Source of the DNA: Staphylothermus marinus F1
GTDB taxonomy: Archaea > Thermoproteota > Thermoprotei_A > Sulfolobales > Desulfurococcaceae
NCBI RefSeq assembly: GCF_000015945.1
Contig: NC_009033.1
Location: 1,050,001 to 1,082,000 of the forward strand
Length of the DNA: 32,000 nucleotides
Direction of reading: 5' to 3'
Both the position numbers and the translations under genes were made by a program. The notes beneath the pieces were generated by a model. That model was not told the origin of the DNA and made no database searches. It saw only the letters and a program-made list of their open reading frames with translations. Shown piece after piece: positions 18,306 through 28,085 of the stretch (its first letter is position 1; each line of letters opens with the position of its first letter).

Positions 18306-19433
18306 ATGGGTGAAAATATTTTGATTAAAACTATTCGAATAGGTTTTATAGTGAATCCGATTGCGGGAATGGGTGGGAGAGTAGGGTTAAAGGGTACTGA
18401 TGGAGAAGCATACTATGAAGCTCTGAGAAGAGGGGCTAAACCAGTATCTCCAATTAGAGCTCTCGAATTCCTTAACAGCATAAGAACGAGAAATATACAA
18501 ATAATTACTGCCCCTAAAGTTATGGGGGAGGATATAGTTAGAAAATCTAGACTTAGAGATAAATTGTTCAAGATAATAAATAGCATTAACCAACCAACTA
18601 CACCGGAAGATACCCGTAGAATAGCGAGGCAAATGATCGAAGATATTGATATACTAGTGTTTGTAGGTGGTGATGGAACTGCTAGAGATATTCTTGAAGC
18701 AGTTGATAAAAAAGTACCAGTGCTAGGTGTTCCGGCAGGTGTTAAAATGTATAGTGCTGTTTTCGCTACAACACCGCGGGATGCTGCAATAGTTATTGAG
18801 GATTTTGTGAAGGGGAATGTAGAGATAGTTGAGAGAGAAGTTCTCGACATAGATGAGGAGGCATTTAGAAGAGATAAACTTGTAGTTAAGCTCTATGGCT
18901 ACTTATTGGTTCCCGTATCTTCGGGAAGGATTCAGTCAAGTAAGACTATTTACCAAGATTTTTCCGAGGAAGAAAATAAAATAGCTATTGCTAGATACGT
19001 AATTGAACATATGGATAAAGATACTATATATATTCTCGGTCCTGGCTCAACCGTTAAGACGATCAATAAGTTACTAGGTATCGATGGAACAATACTGGGA
19101 GTCGATGTTATATATAGAGGAAAACTGATCGCGAAAGATGTTGGAGAAAGAGAACTATTAGATATTATTAACAAATATAATAAGGCAATGATAATAGTCT
19201 CGCCTATAGGTGGTCAGGGCTTCGTGTTTGGTAGGGGAAACCAACAAATATCTCCTGAGATCATTAGGCGTGTAGGTAGAGAAAATATACTAATAGTTTC
19301 TACGTGGAGAAAAATCAATTCGGTCAAGGTATTAAGGGTAGATACAGGTGATTATGAAGTTGATGCTATGCTTAAGGGGTATTGGAAAGTTCTTGTTGAT
19401 TATAATAGATTTGTTGTTAAAAAAGTAGTTTGA
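18306..19433 (+). CDS. ATP-NAD kinase-fold protein (COG3199-type, function unproven)
   Basis: 375-aa ORF. N-terminal GFIVNPIAGMGGRVGLKGTDG and the NAD-kinase/DAG-kinase GGDGT motif (VFVGGDGTARDI). Confidence 0.7.
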   Translation: MGENILIKTIRIGFIVNPIAGMGGRVGLKGTDGEAYYEALRRGAKPVSPIRALEFLNSIRTRNIQIITAPKVMGEDIVRKSRLRDKLFKIINSINQPTTPEDTRRIARQMIEDIDILVFVGGDGTARDILEAVDKKVPVLGVPAGVKMYSAVFATTPRDAAIVIEDFVKGNVEIVEREVLDIDEEAFRRDKLVVKLYGYLLVPVSSGRIQSSKTIYQDFSEEENKIAIARYVIEHMDKDTIYILGPGSTVKTINKLLGIDGTILGVDVIYRGKLIAKDVGERELLDIINKYNKAMIIVSPIGGQGFVFGRGNQQISPEIIRRVGRENILIVSTWRKINSVKVLRVDTGDYEVDAMLKGYWKVLVDYNRFVVKKVV

Positions 19434-20555
19434 CTATTTATTTATGAATGGAAAATCAACGATTTTACCCTCGTAAAACCTGTTTCTCATCATGATCTTA
19501 ACAGGTAGATCTTCGATAGCATACCTAACATCAATATATGCTTGAGCTATTCCTCTTCTCAAAATAGGAGAGTATGTTCCACTAGTGACCCAGCCTACCA
19601 CTTGATCCTCTACATAGACAGGAGTATGTTCTCGAGGAATTATCCTTGCATTCTTCTTACTCATTTTTATCCCCATTCTAATCCACCTCACTCCTTCTCT
19701 TAAGTATGCTCGTAAAGCTTCTTCTCCAACATATCCCTTCTTACTCCACGTAATAGCTCCTAGCCCGTATCTTAAACTAATTACACATGGGTACTTGGTT
19801 GGGTCCTCTCCGTATTCATGATCGCCTAGAACAAAACCCATTTCCATTCTTAAAGTATCTCTTGCAATTATGCCTGCTGGTTTAACCCCTTCTTTGACAA
19901 GAATATCTAATAGTTTAGCAATACTGCTATGTTCTCCCCAGATCTCAAATCCATCTTCTCCTGTCCAACCACTCCTACTAACGAGGAATAATTTGATATC
20001 ATTGAGCTTGATATTGGTTATAAATTGCAGAGGTTTGAGATCAGCTGCTTCTTTTAATCCTATTTTTTCCATTATATTGGGTGATTTAGGTCCTTGTACA
20101 GCGATCATCGAGTACTTATGTGTTAAATCTTCTATTACTACTTTGTATTGATGACTATCTATTATGCTTTTTAGATATGACAACATTTTCTCTCTAACTA
20201 AGGCATTGGGTACTAGTAGCCACTCCTCATCACTAATCTTGTAGAGCATTTCATCATCTTTTACTCTAGCCCATTGATTAAGAGCGAGAGTCGGTCCACT
20301 CATCCATCCAGGCTTTACTTTCGAAAGATCCTTGGTATAAATATATTGTATTAGCTCGAATACATCGGGTCCTCTCAGCCTTACTCTGCCCATATGGCTT
20401 ACATCAAAGACTCCAACATCGCTCCTAACGGCTAAGTGTTCTTCAATAGTGCTTGTATAACGCATTGGTACCTCCCAGTCACCGAAAAAACCTGGTTCTG
20501 CACCCAGTTTTTCCACGTGATAATTTAGAAGCGGGATCTTTGCCAATATTTTCAC
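19434..20555 (-). CDS. gcvT: Glycine cleavage system T protein (aminomethyltransferase)
   Basis: GcvT N-terminal pattern PLLNYHVEKLGAEPGFFGDWEVPMRY...GVFDVSHMGR. I trim the track ORF (to 20651) to GTG 20555 (MKILAKIPLL...); TTG 20546 is also possible. The longer version has no GcvT-like sequence and would run into gcvPA. Confidence 0.85.
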   Translation of the reverse strand: MKILAKIPLLNYHVEKLGAEPGFFGDWEVPMRYTSTIEEHLAVRSDVGVFDVSHMGRVRLRGPDVFELIQYIYTKDLSKVKPGWMSGPTLALNQWARVKDDEMLYKISDEEWLLVPNALVREKMLSYLKSIIDSHQYKVVIEDLTHKYSMIAVQGPKSPNIMEKIGLKEAADLKPLQFITNIKLNDIKLFLVSRSGWTGEDGFEIWGEHSSIAKLLDILVKEGVKPAGIIARDTLRMEMGFVLGDHEYGEDPTKYPCVISLRYGLGAITWSKKGYVGEEALRAYLREGVRWIRMGIKMSKKNARIIPREHTPVYVEDQVVGWVTSGTYSPILRRGIAQAYIDVRYAIEDLPVKIMMRNRFYEGKIVDFPFINK

Positions 20556-20635
20556 CCAGTCTACTTTACAAGTCAAATCTATTAATGAAGTATTTAATAA
20601 AAAGATATGACAATGCTTCGAAGGTGTTTGGAAAT
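20556..20635. promoter_or_regulatory. Divergent gcvT / gcvPA control region
   Basis: 80-bp AT-rich gap between the trimmed starts. TATA-like TTTAATAAAAA at 20593-20603 and AGGTG about 10 nt before ATG 20636. Promoter assignment is inferred, not demonstrated. Confidence 0.35.
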
Positions 20636-22045
20636 ATGGATTCTCATCCATGGATCCCTAATAGTACTAGGGAGATCAGAGAAAAAATGCTGGAGAAAAT
20701 AGGTGTTAAAAACATTGATGAGTTCTTCAATGATATACCTCGAAATATCAGGATTAGCAAGGAGGAATGGGATAATTTAGAAATTGGATTAAAGAAGCCT
20801 ATCTCAGAAATTACAGCAAGGAGAATTATCGAAGAAAAACTATCTATGAATAAGGTATTTGTTCCCCTACTCTTTCTAGGAGGCGGTGCTTATCCACACT
20901 ATGTGCCATCGGTGATAAAATACTTGATTTCACGAGGAGAATTCTTAACCTCTTATACACCTTATCAACCCGAGATCTCACAGGGAATTCTTCAAGCATT
21001 ATTCGAATACCAGAGCTTAATGGCTGAACTATTAGATATGGATGTAGTTAATTCCTCCATGTACGATTGGGCTTCTGCACTAGCTGAAGCCTTACTTATG
21101 AGTCTTAGAGTTAAGAAAAATAAGAAAAAAATATTGCTACCATCAAACATGAACCCTATTCATAAAAGAGTTGTAAATACCTATCTCTCTCCTCATAATG
21201 TTAGAATTGAATATGTGAATTACAATCATGATACAGGACTCATAGACTTGGAAGATCTTAAAAATAAAATTGATAACGACACAGCAGCAGTATATGTTCA
21301 ATCACCAAACTTCTTCGGATACATAGAGGAAAATGCAAAAGAAATAGGAGAAATAGTTCATGATATAGATTCCCTGTTTATCATGGGTATAGATCCAATA
21401 TCTCTAGGGTTGATTAAACCTCCCGGCGAATTAGGCGCAGATATAGCTGTTGGTGAAGGCCAACCATTAGGTTTAGGCTTAAACTATGGAGGCCCGTATC
21501 TGGGAATATTTGCTACACGGATGGATATGAAACTTGTAAGACAAATGCCGGGAAGAATAATAGGATTAACAAGATCTGTTGATGGATCAAGAGCTTTCAC
21601 GATGATATTGCAGACTCGTGAACAACATATTCGTAGAGCCAAGGCAACATCTAATATATGTACAAATGAAGCATTATCAGCTATAGCTGCAGCAATATAC
21701 TTGGCATTACTAGGTAAGAGTGGAATACGTAAACTAGCCGAACTAATATATTATCGATCACATTATGCTCAGGCTAGACTTAGAGAAATAGGATTGAACA
21801 CCGATATATTCAAATCCGATTTCTTCAAAGAATTCCCAATAAACTTCGACAATATAGGAGTAAAGTATAGGTATGTTCATGAAAAACTACTTGAAAACAA
21901 TATTCACGGAGGACTATACATAGGTAACTGGTTCCCGGAACTCGGAGAGACAGCACTATATGCTTTCACAGAGATACATACAAAAAACGATATAGATCTC
22001 CTTGTTGAAAAACTAGCTGATATAATAAATGAGTTGAAAAGGTGA
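20636..22045 (+). CDS. gcvPA: Glycine dehydrogenase (decarboxylating) subunit 1
   Basis: MDSHPWIPNSTREIREKMLEKIGV... is a typical GcvPA N-terminus. The track ORF (from 20453) is trimmed to ATG 20636. Followed by gcvPB. Confidence 0.9.
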   Translation: MDSHPWIPNSTREIREKMLEKIGVKNIDEFFNDIPRNIRISKEEWDNLEIGLKKPISEITARRIIEEKLSMNKVFVPLLFLGGGAYPHYVPSVIKYLISRGEFLTSYTPYQPEISQGILQALFEYQSLMAELLDMDVVNSSMYDWASALAEALLMSLRVKKNKKKILLPSNMNPIHKRVVNTYLSPHNVRIEYVNYNHDTGLIDLEDLKNKIDNDTAAVYVQSPNFFGYIEENAKEIGEIVHDIDSLFIMGIDPISLGLIKPPGELGADIAVGEGQPLGLGLNYGGPYLGIFATRMDMKLVRQMPGRIIGLTRSVDGSRAFTMILQTREQHIRRAKATSNICTNEALSAIAAAIYLALLGKSGIRKLAELIYYRSHYAQARLREIGLNTDIFKSDFFKEFPINFDNIGVKYRYVHEKLLENNIHGGLYIGNWFPELGETALYAFTEIHTKNDIDLLVEKLADIINELKR

Positions 22046-22050
22046 GAATA

Positions 22051-23616
22051 ATGTTTAGACAATCTAGATGGGATGAACCCTTAATATTCGAACTTGGAAA
22101 CAAGGGTAGAAAAGGCTTCATTGTTCCCGAGCCCGAGGAAGAAGTTAAGAGAAAAGTGGGCGGGATAAGAATACCAGAGAAAATTTTACGTAAGAAACCG
22201 CCTAATCTCCCCGAAGTAAGTGAAGTAGAAGTGATACGTCATTATACTAGGCTTACGGAAATGAGTTATGGAGTAGACAATGGACCAGTACCTCTCGGAT
22301 CATGCACTATGAAATATAATCCCAGAATTGCTTGGGAAATAAGCAATGATTATAGGATAAATATGCTTCACCCATTACAAGATGAGAGGACAATTCAAGG
22401 ACTACTCGAGATATTATATGAGCTTCAGAAATGGCTTGCAAACATTACTGGAATGGATTATTGCTCACTACACCCAGCTGCCGGGGCTCACGGAGAATTC
22501 TCTGGTATACTGATTATTAGGAAATACCATGAATTAAAGAAACAACTAGATCGAAAAAGTGAAATCATAATACCTGATTCCGCTCATGGAACAAATCCTG
22601 CGAGTGCTTCAATGGGCGGGTTCAAAGTTGTAGAGGTGCCGTCTGGAGAAGATGGTAATATAGATATGGAAGCTTTAAAGAGCGTTGTTGGTGAATCAAC
22701 GGCTGGCCTAATGATTACTAATCCAAGCACTCTCGGATTATTTGAGGAAAATGTAGTTGAGATATCTAAGATTATTCATGGAGTAGATGGACTACTATAC
22801 TATGATGGAGCGAATCTTAATGGAATAATGGGTTATACTAGGCCCGGTGATATGGGATTCGATATTGCACATATAAATATTCATAAAACATTTGGCGCTC
22901 CTCATGGTGGAGGAGGGCCGGGAGCGGGACCAGTATGTGTTAAGGATAAATTAATTGATGAAGAAAGAAATATTTGGCTGAGAGATCTATTGCCAGGTTA
23001 TAGAGTTGTTTATGATGAAAAAACTGGATTATATAAGCTGGTTAATAATGAGAAATACAGTATTGGTTTGTTGAAGGCGTTCTTCGGTAACATAGTTCCC
23101 CTAATATGGGGATATACATATATATTAATGCTCGGCTCTAAAGGGCTAAGAACAGTTACCGAACAAGCGGTTCTAAACACCAACTACTTCATTTCACTAG
23201 TTAAGGACATAAGAGGATACGATATACCTTATGGAAAAGATAGATATCGTAAACACGAAGTCGTGTTAAGCGCTAAACCACTATATGATGATACGGGAGT
23301 TTCAGCTGAAGATGTCGCTAAAGGATTGCTTGACGCAGGATTCTATGCGCCCACAATATATTTCCCATTAATTGTTCATGAAGCATTAATGACCGAGTTT
23401 ACAGAATCAGAAACCATTGAGTACATCGAGAAATATGCTGAAAGATTACAAGAAATAAGCACTATAGCATATAGTGATCCGGAAAAAGCTAAAGAGTGGC
23501 CGCTTAATACAAGTGTTAGAAGAGTAGATAATGTAAGAGCTAATCATCCCAAAACCCTTGCCCCAACATGGAGGATTTATATGGAGAAAGTTTGTAGAAA
23601 GTATAGTGAATGCTAG
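22051..23616 (+). CDS. gcvPB: Glycine dehydrogenase (decarboxylating) subunit 2
   Basis: PLP-lysine block HINIHKTFGAPHGGGGPG. ATG 22051 is preceded by GGTGA, which overlaps the gcvPA stop. Confidence 0.92.
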   Translation: MFRQSRWDEPLIFELGNKGRKGFIVPEPEEEVKRKVGGIRIPEKILRKKPPNLPEVSEVEVIRHYTRLTEMSYGVDNGPVPLGSCTMKYNPRIAWEISNDYRINMLHPLQDERTIQGLLEILYELQKWLANITGMDYCSLHPAAGAHGEFSGILIIRKYHELKKQLDRKSEIIIPDSAHGTNPASASMGGFKVVEVPSGEDGNIDMEALKSVVGESTAGLMITNPSTLGLFEENVVEISKIIHGVDGLLYYDGANLNGIMGYTRPGDMGFDIAHINIHKTFGAPHGGGGPGAGPVCVKDKLIDEERNIWLRDLLPGYRVVYDEKTGLYKLVNNEKYSIGLLKAFFGNIVPLIWGYTYILMLGSKGLRTVTEQAVLNTNYFISLVKDIRGYDIPYGKDRYRKHEVVLSAKPLYDDTGVSAEDVAKGLLDAGFYAPTIYFPLIVHEALMTEFTESETIEYIEKYAERLQEISTIAYSDPEKAKEWPLNTSVRRVDNVRANHPKTLAPTWRIYMEKVCRKYSEC

Positions 23617-23634
23617 CATTGGTGAGAATTAGTA

Positions 23635-24990
23635 ATGTATGATGTTGTAGTAGTAGGTGCTGGAGTAGGAGGTTATCCAGCAGCTATATATCTTGCTAGA
23701 CATGGTTTGAAAGTTGCTGTGATTGAGGAACATTTACTGGGAGGCGAATGTACAAATTATGGATGTGTCCCGAGTAAAGCTCTATATAATATTGCTGAAG
23801 CATTTCGAACTATAGAGAAAGTAGGTGGAAATGCAAATATAGATTGGAATAACTTATCTAGATGGGTATCATCAGTTGTTAAGGAAACACGTAATGGAAT
23901 AGAATATCTCTTAGAAAGCTACGGTGTTGATATAATAAATTCTAAGGCTGTTCTAAAAAAAGATACTGCGATCAAAATAGGTAATGATATCATTTCTCCT
24001 AAGAACATTATACTCGCTCTCGGAACAGATCCTAAACCGCTTCCAAACGTGAATTTTGACGGTAAATATTTGCTGAGTAATAGAGAGGTATTCTATATGG
24101 AAGAAAAACCCGAAAAAATATTAATTATTGGTGGCGGAGTTATCGGTGTTGAGGCCGCATACACTTTTTCACAGTTGGGTATAGATGTTACTATTGTTGA
24201 AGCAATGCCTAACATACTTCCTTTCCTCGACAAAGACATAAGTTTAACTATGAAAAGATTTCTCAGAGAGAAAAACGTTAAGATCTATGAGAATACTTTT
24301 GTCGAAAAAATAACTATTGAAAACAATAAGGTAAAAGCTAAACTATCAAACAATAACCTCATTGAAACCGACAAAATCCTAGTAGCTATTGGTAGGAAAC
24401 CTAAAACTACAAATATAGGTCTAGAAACTGTACGTGTAGAAACAACTCAAAAAGGCTTTATCAAAGTTAATGAGAAGTATCAAACAACTAATCCCAGAAT
24501 ATATGCTGTAGGAGATGTTATTGGTGAACCATTACTGGCTCATAAAGCAATTCTAGAAAGTATTGCGGCAGCAAGAAATATTTTGGGGGAAGAATCCTTT
24601 TCTTTAAGTTACCACTTAGTACCACAGACAATTTTCAGTGGTTTAGAAATTGCTTGGATAGGATATACAGAGAGAGAACTCAGAGAAAAAGGAATAAAGT
24701 ATCGTAGGATTAGGATGCCAGTATCTCATTTATCAGCGGTTAGAATAAAGGATAGCAAGTATTCTTATGTAAAGATCCTAATGGATGAAAACAATGTTCC
24801 ATACGGTATATTTGTTGTTTCCCCATTAGCCTCTGAAGTAATATCATCGTTTATACCTTTCATCATGAACAAGATAAGGTTAGAGAAAGCATGGAGAATA
24901 CCTTATCCACATTTGACAGTATCTGAAACTGTTAGAGAAATTAGCGAATATATTTTGGGCGAACCAATACATTTGTATCTTAAAAAATAA
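23635..24990 (+). CDS. lpdA: Dihydrolipoyl dehydrogenase (L protein / E3)
   Basis: FAD motif VVVGAGVGGY, redox disulfide GGECTNYGCVPSK, NAD motif IIGGGVIGVE and a C-terminal His-Glu dyad region PHLTVSE. Confidence 0.9.
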   Translation: MYDVVVVGAGVGGYPAAIYLARHGLKVAVIEEHLLGGECTNYGCVPSKALYNIAEAFRTIEKVGGNANIDWNNLSRWVSSVVKETRNGIEYLLESYGVDIINSKAVLKKDTAIKIGNDIISPKNIILALGTDPKPLPNVNFDGKYLLSNREVFYMEEKPEKILIIGGGVIGVEAAYTFSQLGIDVTIVEAMPNILPFLDKDISLTMKRFLREKNVKIYENTFVEKITIENNKVKAKLSNNNLIETDKILVAIGRKPKTTNIGLETVRVETTQKGFIKVNEKYQTTNPRIYAVGDVIGEPLLAHKAILESIAAARNILGEESFSLSYHLVPQTIFSGLEIAWIGYTERELREKGIKYRRIRMPVSHLSAVRIKDSKYSYVKILMDENNVPYGIFVVSPLASEVISSFIPFIMNKIRLEKAWRIPYPHLTVSETVREISEYILGEPIHLYLKK

Positions 24991-24994
24991 TTTT

Positions 24995-26503
24995 TCACCT
25001 CAGATAAATAATTACTAAATCATCTTCGTTAAGGCTTTTATCGAATTTAAAGGATACTATTCCACTGTAATTGTTTAAGTGTATACGGTTTCTTCCGGAG
25101 TTAATACTGATTTTTTCATTATGTGTTAGCATTGGTGGTAGAGTAAACATGTATTCATTAATTGTTAATTGATTTTCTTTCTTCGTTATTATTATTAGCT
25201 CTGGATATCTATAGCCGGTTAACGGTATTCCTCCAAATACTTTATCTTTTATCATCCATCCTGGAACCACTATAGTGACTGAAGGAGGAGAATTGTTTAT
25301 GATGCTTGTGTTTAGTACTGTGAATCCTCTTATACCTTGATCATATGGTGAAGCATCATATCTATATGTGTTCGCCATAGTATTATGTGCTAACAATATC
25401 TGATCTCCGATTACTTCTACACTAGTTATTCTTGCACCGAAAGCCCCAATTATTTTTACTAGGGGAGGAGCGATATATAGGAGAAGTGTTGGCGATATAA
25501 TAGTATTTGTTGCTTTCTTAGCTTTTTCCTCGAACTCATTTGTAGGATTGATTACTGAGTGTACAAACATATTATATGGAACGATTACTCCGCCTCCAAA
25601 TATTTTAGCGTTTGCTCTTGCGGGTCCAAGCTGTGAATATGGAATATCAAGTAATCTAACAAAGTATTTTTCGCCGAGCACTGGGTTATAGACTAATACG
25701 CCACCTTTCATAAACGCAAATACTCTACCATATAGTGAAGATACTGGGCCTACAAGAGGATAAAGAACATCTCCATCGTCAATAGTATATTTGCCCGGAT
25801 CGAATTTATCAATAAGAGTTTTTCTCTCTATTAAATCAACACACTCTATGCCGTTAAAGCTTTTTGGGAAATAATGTATTGAAAAGCATGCATAATCTAA
25901 GTTTATAGCCCCCTTTAGTGCGGGTTCATCCAGAATTTTTCTTGTTTTTCCACTTGAAGGATCAAGTTCGTATACTCCTAGGTTTGTGTGGCCGTCAGCT
26001 CTTGCTAGTAATAATTTCTGCTCATAAGGATCATATATTATCTCCGATATTTCTCCAACCCATTTCTCTGGATCATGCATGCTTTCCTTCCATATAAGTG
26101 AGACTTCATTATTACTTATATCGTATTTGTGGACGTGGCTATACTTATTGCGGAAATCAATAGTGGCTCCTTTACTAGTTCGTCCTCTATAAATAGCTGG
26201 TGCATGAACCCATCCACCAAAATAGATTGAATCATCTATAGCATATACAGCATTATATGTGTCTCCGCCTGATACTGGTTTAAAACCTAGTTTTTCGAAC
26301 TCATATATTTTCCTTATTCCACCACGATCTATGAAATAACCTTGGGCTTCAAAAGCTAACATATAATATAGGACTCCCTTATGATATTTCAGTCCGAATA
26401 TGCCTCCACTACCCCATTCTGGACCATAATTTGGAGGGTATTCACCAAGATAATCAATAATATGAGTCAACAATGATACACCTACTCGTTTATTTTTCCA
26501 CAC
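24995..26503 (-). CDS. Conserved-looking hypothetical protein, probably all-beta (propeller-like); no function assignable
   Basis: 502-aa ORF (GTG start) with ordinary composition. Recurrent beta-strand/Gly-Asp turn patterns (YNAVYAIDDSIYFGGW, LLLARADGHTNLGVYELD, VFAFMKGGVLVYNP). No TM segment or signal peptide is evident. Confidence 0.6.
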   Translation of the reverse strand: MWKNKRVGVSLLTHIIDYLGEYPPNYGPEWGSGGIFGLKYHKGVLYYMLAFEAQGYFIDRGGIRKIYEFEKLGFKPVSGGDTYNAVYAIDDSIYFGGWVHAPAIYRGRTSKGATIDFRNKYSHVHKYDISNNEVSLIWKESMHDPEKWVGEISEIIYDPYEQKLLLARADGHTNLGVYELDPSSGKTRKILDEPALKGAINLDYACFSIHYFPKSFNGIECVDLIERKTLIDKFDPGKYTIDDGDVLYPLVGPVSSLYGRVFAFMKGGVLVYNPVLGEKYFVRLLDIPYSQLGPARANAKIFGGGVIVPYNMFVHSVINPTNEFEEKAKKATNTIISPTLLLYIAPPLVKIIGAFGARITSVEVIGDQILLAHNTMANTYRYDASPYDQGIRGFTVLNTSIINNSPPSVTIVVPGWMIKDKVFGGIPLTGYRYPELIIITKKENQLTINEYMFTLPPMLTHNEKISINSGRNRIHLNNYSGIVSFKFDKSLNEDDLVIIYLR

Positions 26504-26589
26504 ATGTTTTATATATGGCTAGAATAATAATTTATTCCGAACAAACCAAGTATAGGTCAGGATATAATTGTTTATGAGGTGTATAATAG

Positions 26590-26985
26590 ATGAGCAAAAC
26601 CTATGCCACTCTAGGAGAATTAAAACCAGGTAATTTCATTATTATAGATGGTGAACCATGTAGAATAGTTGAAATGAGCAAAGCTAAAACAGGAAAACAC
26701 GGAAGCGCTAAAGCACACGTAGTAGCGATAGGATTATTTACAGGTAACAAGAAAACCCTTGTAGCTCCTGTAGATCAGAGGGTAGAGGTTCCAGTTATTG
26801 AGAAGAGAGTTGGACAAATAATAGCTGATATGGGGGACTTATTACAAGTAATGGATATGGAAACATTTGAAACATTTGAAGTTGAAAAGCCTAGTGATGA
26901 AAAACTTCGAGAAAAACTAAAGCCTGGAGTAGAAGTAGAATACTGGGTTGTCATGGGTAAGAGAATGATTATAAGAACAAGGTAA
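26590..26985 (+). CDS. eif5a: Translation initiation factor 5A (aIF5A)
   Basis: 131-aa ORF with the hypusination loop [15 protein letters not shown]. Confidence 0.93.
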
Positions 26986-26988
26986 ACA

Positions 26989-27732
26989 ATGTTTTTCCAT
27001 ATACAAAAAATAATTCCTTGCATTACAAGATATTTGCTGCAAGAAAAAATCGATAAAGCAGATAGTTTATCTAGGCAAATCGCTAACAAAGCCTATGATT
27101 TTATACAGAAACATGTGGGTCCAAAAGAAATTCAAGAATACATAGACAAAAATACAGGTGGTCTTGGATATAGAAATAAGCTTGTTGGAGCTGATTGGGA
27201 AAGAGTCGTCGCTCTTGGATGCTATATAGCATGGGCGGAAGCAGTTTCTAATAAGGATACTGTTTTAGAAATTGGAACAGGGCTTGGCAGAACAAATTAT
27301 TGCTTACAATATAGTGGTGCTAAACAGATAATTACTATAGATATTGATCCATATATTGTAGGTATAGCCCTAAATAATAATCCATATGAAGCGTTTCAAC
27401 ACGCGCTAAATAATAGATCAATTACGAAAATCATTCTAGGAGATGCTAATATTTTGACAAATATATTACTTAGAATAGGATATTATTTTACCCACATCGT
27501 CCATGATGGAGGACCTAATCCCCGTAAAAATCCACGGATTTTTTCAAACAGTTTTCTTTTCAAGCTACATGTTCTCCTAAGGAAAAATGGTAGAATATCG
27601 GTGTTTGCAGGTAAGGATCCAAGAATTGTTAGTAGGATATATAAGTTCTTCAAGGATCTAGGATATGAAACATATACATTTAACCCACCCGGACTAAACA
27701 TAAAAATTGTGAGAGGAATTAAAAGTTCCTAG
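26989..27732 (+). CDS. Class I SAM-dependent methyltransferase-fold protein, MnmC/COG4121-like
   Basis: Motif I VLEIGTGLGRT and motif II-like ITIDIDP. The block HDGGPNPRKNPRIFSNSF resembles the MnmC methyltransferase-domain signature (D-G-F-x-P-x-K-N-P-x-x-W, from memory). The ATG lies 3 nt after the aIF5A stop. Confidence 0.55.
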   Translation: MFFHIQKIIPCITRYLLQEKIDKADSLSRQIANKAYDFIQKHVGPKEIQEYIDKNTGGLGYRNKLVGADWERVVALGCYIAWAEAVSNKDTVLEIGTGLGRTNYCLQYSGAKQIITIDIDPYIVGIALNNNPYEAFQHALNNRSITKIILGDANILTNILLRIGYYFTHIVHDGGPNPRKNPRIFSNSFLFKLHVLLRKNGRISVFAGKDPRIVSRIYKFFKDLGYETYTFNPPGLNIKIVRGIKSS

Positions 27733-28085
27733 TCAAGTTCGGGAATAAATAATGGTTTTTCTGCCAAAGTAATCATAGGTATAGATAATCCTGGTTTTGG
27801 ATGTTTTGAAAATTCTATTTTCTCGTTATCACTAGTAATTATTATATAGTTTTTATCAATTACTTTTTCAGCATCTTCTTTCTCAAGGGTATAATAATAA
27901 AACATTGGTAAACCATATAGTTTATAATAGTCTCTGAACACTCCGAGAACGCCTAAGACTAATTTGTTTCTATACTTAAATTTAAGAATATACATCATAG
28001 CTTGAGGACTAGAAATAGTTGCTGCTAATCTTACAAGATCGTTTAGACTATTCAATTTTATAGGTATAACCTTTTCCAGATCCAA
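27729..28085 (-). CDS. Hypothetical 118-aa protein (last gene of the reverse-gyrase transcription unit)
   Basis: ORF on the same strand as the upstream gene and overlapping its 3' end by 38 nt. I recognise no family. An internal ATG at 27998 is an alternative start. Confidence 0.5.
   Translation of the reverse strand: MDLEKVIPIKLNSLNDLVRLAATISSPQAMMYILKFKYRNKLVLGVLGVFRDYYKLYGLPMFYYYTLEKEDAEKVIDKNYIIITSDNEKIEFSKHPKPGLSIPMITLAEKPLFIPELD

Noticed and set aside
20453-20651. Mutually antisense N-terminal extensions of the gcvT ORF (to 20651) and the gcvPA ORF (from 20453), overlapping by about 200 nt.
   Set aside because: Neither extension resembles GcvT or GcvPA N-termini. The conserved N-termini begin at GTG 20555 (or TTG 20546) and ATG 20636, leaving an ordinary 80-bp divergent control region.
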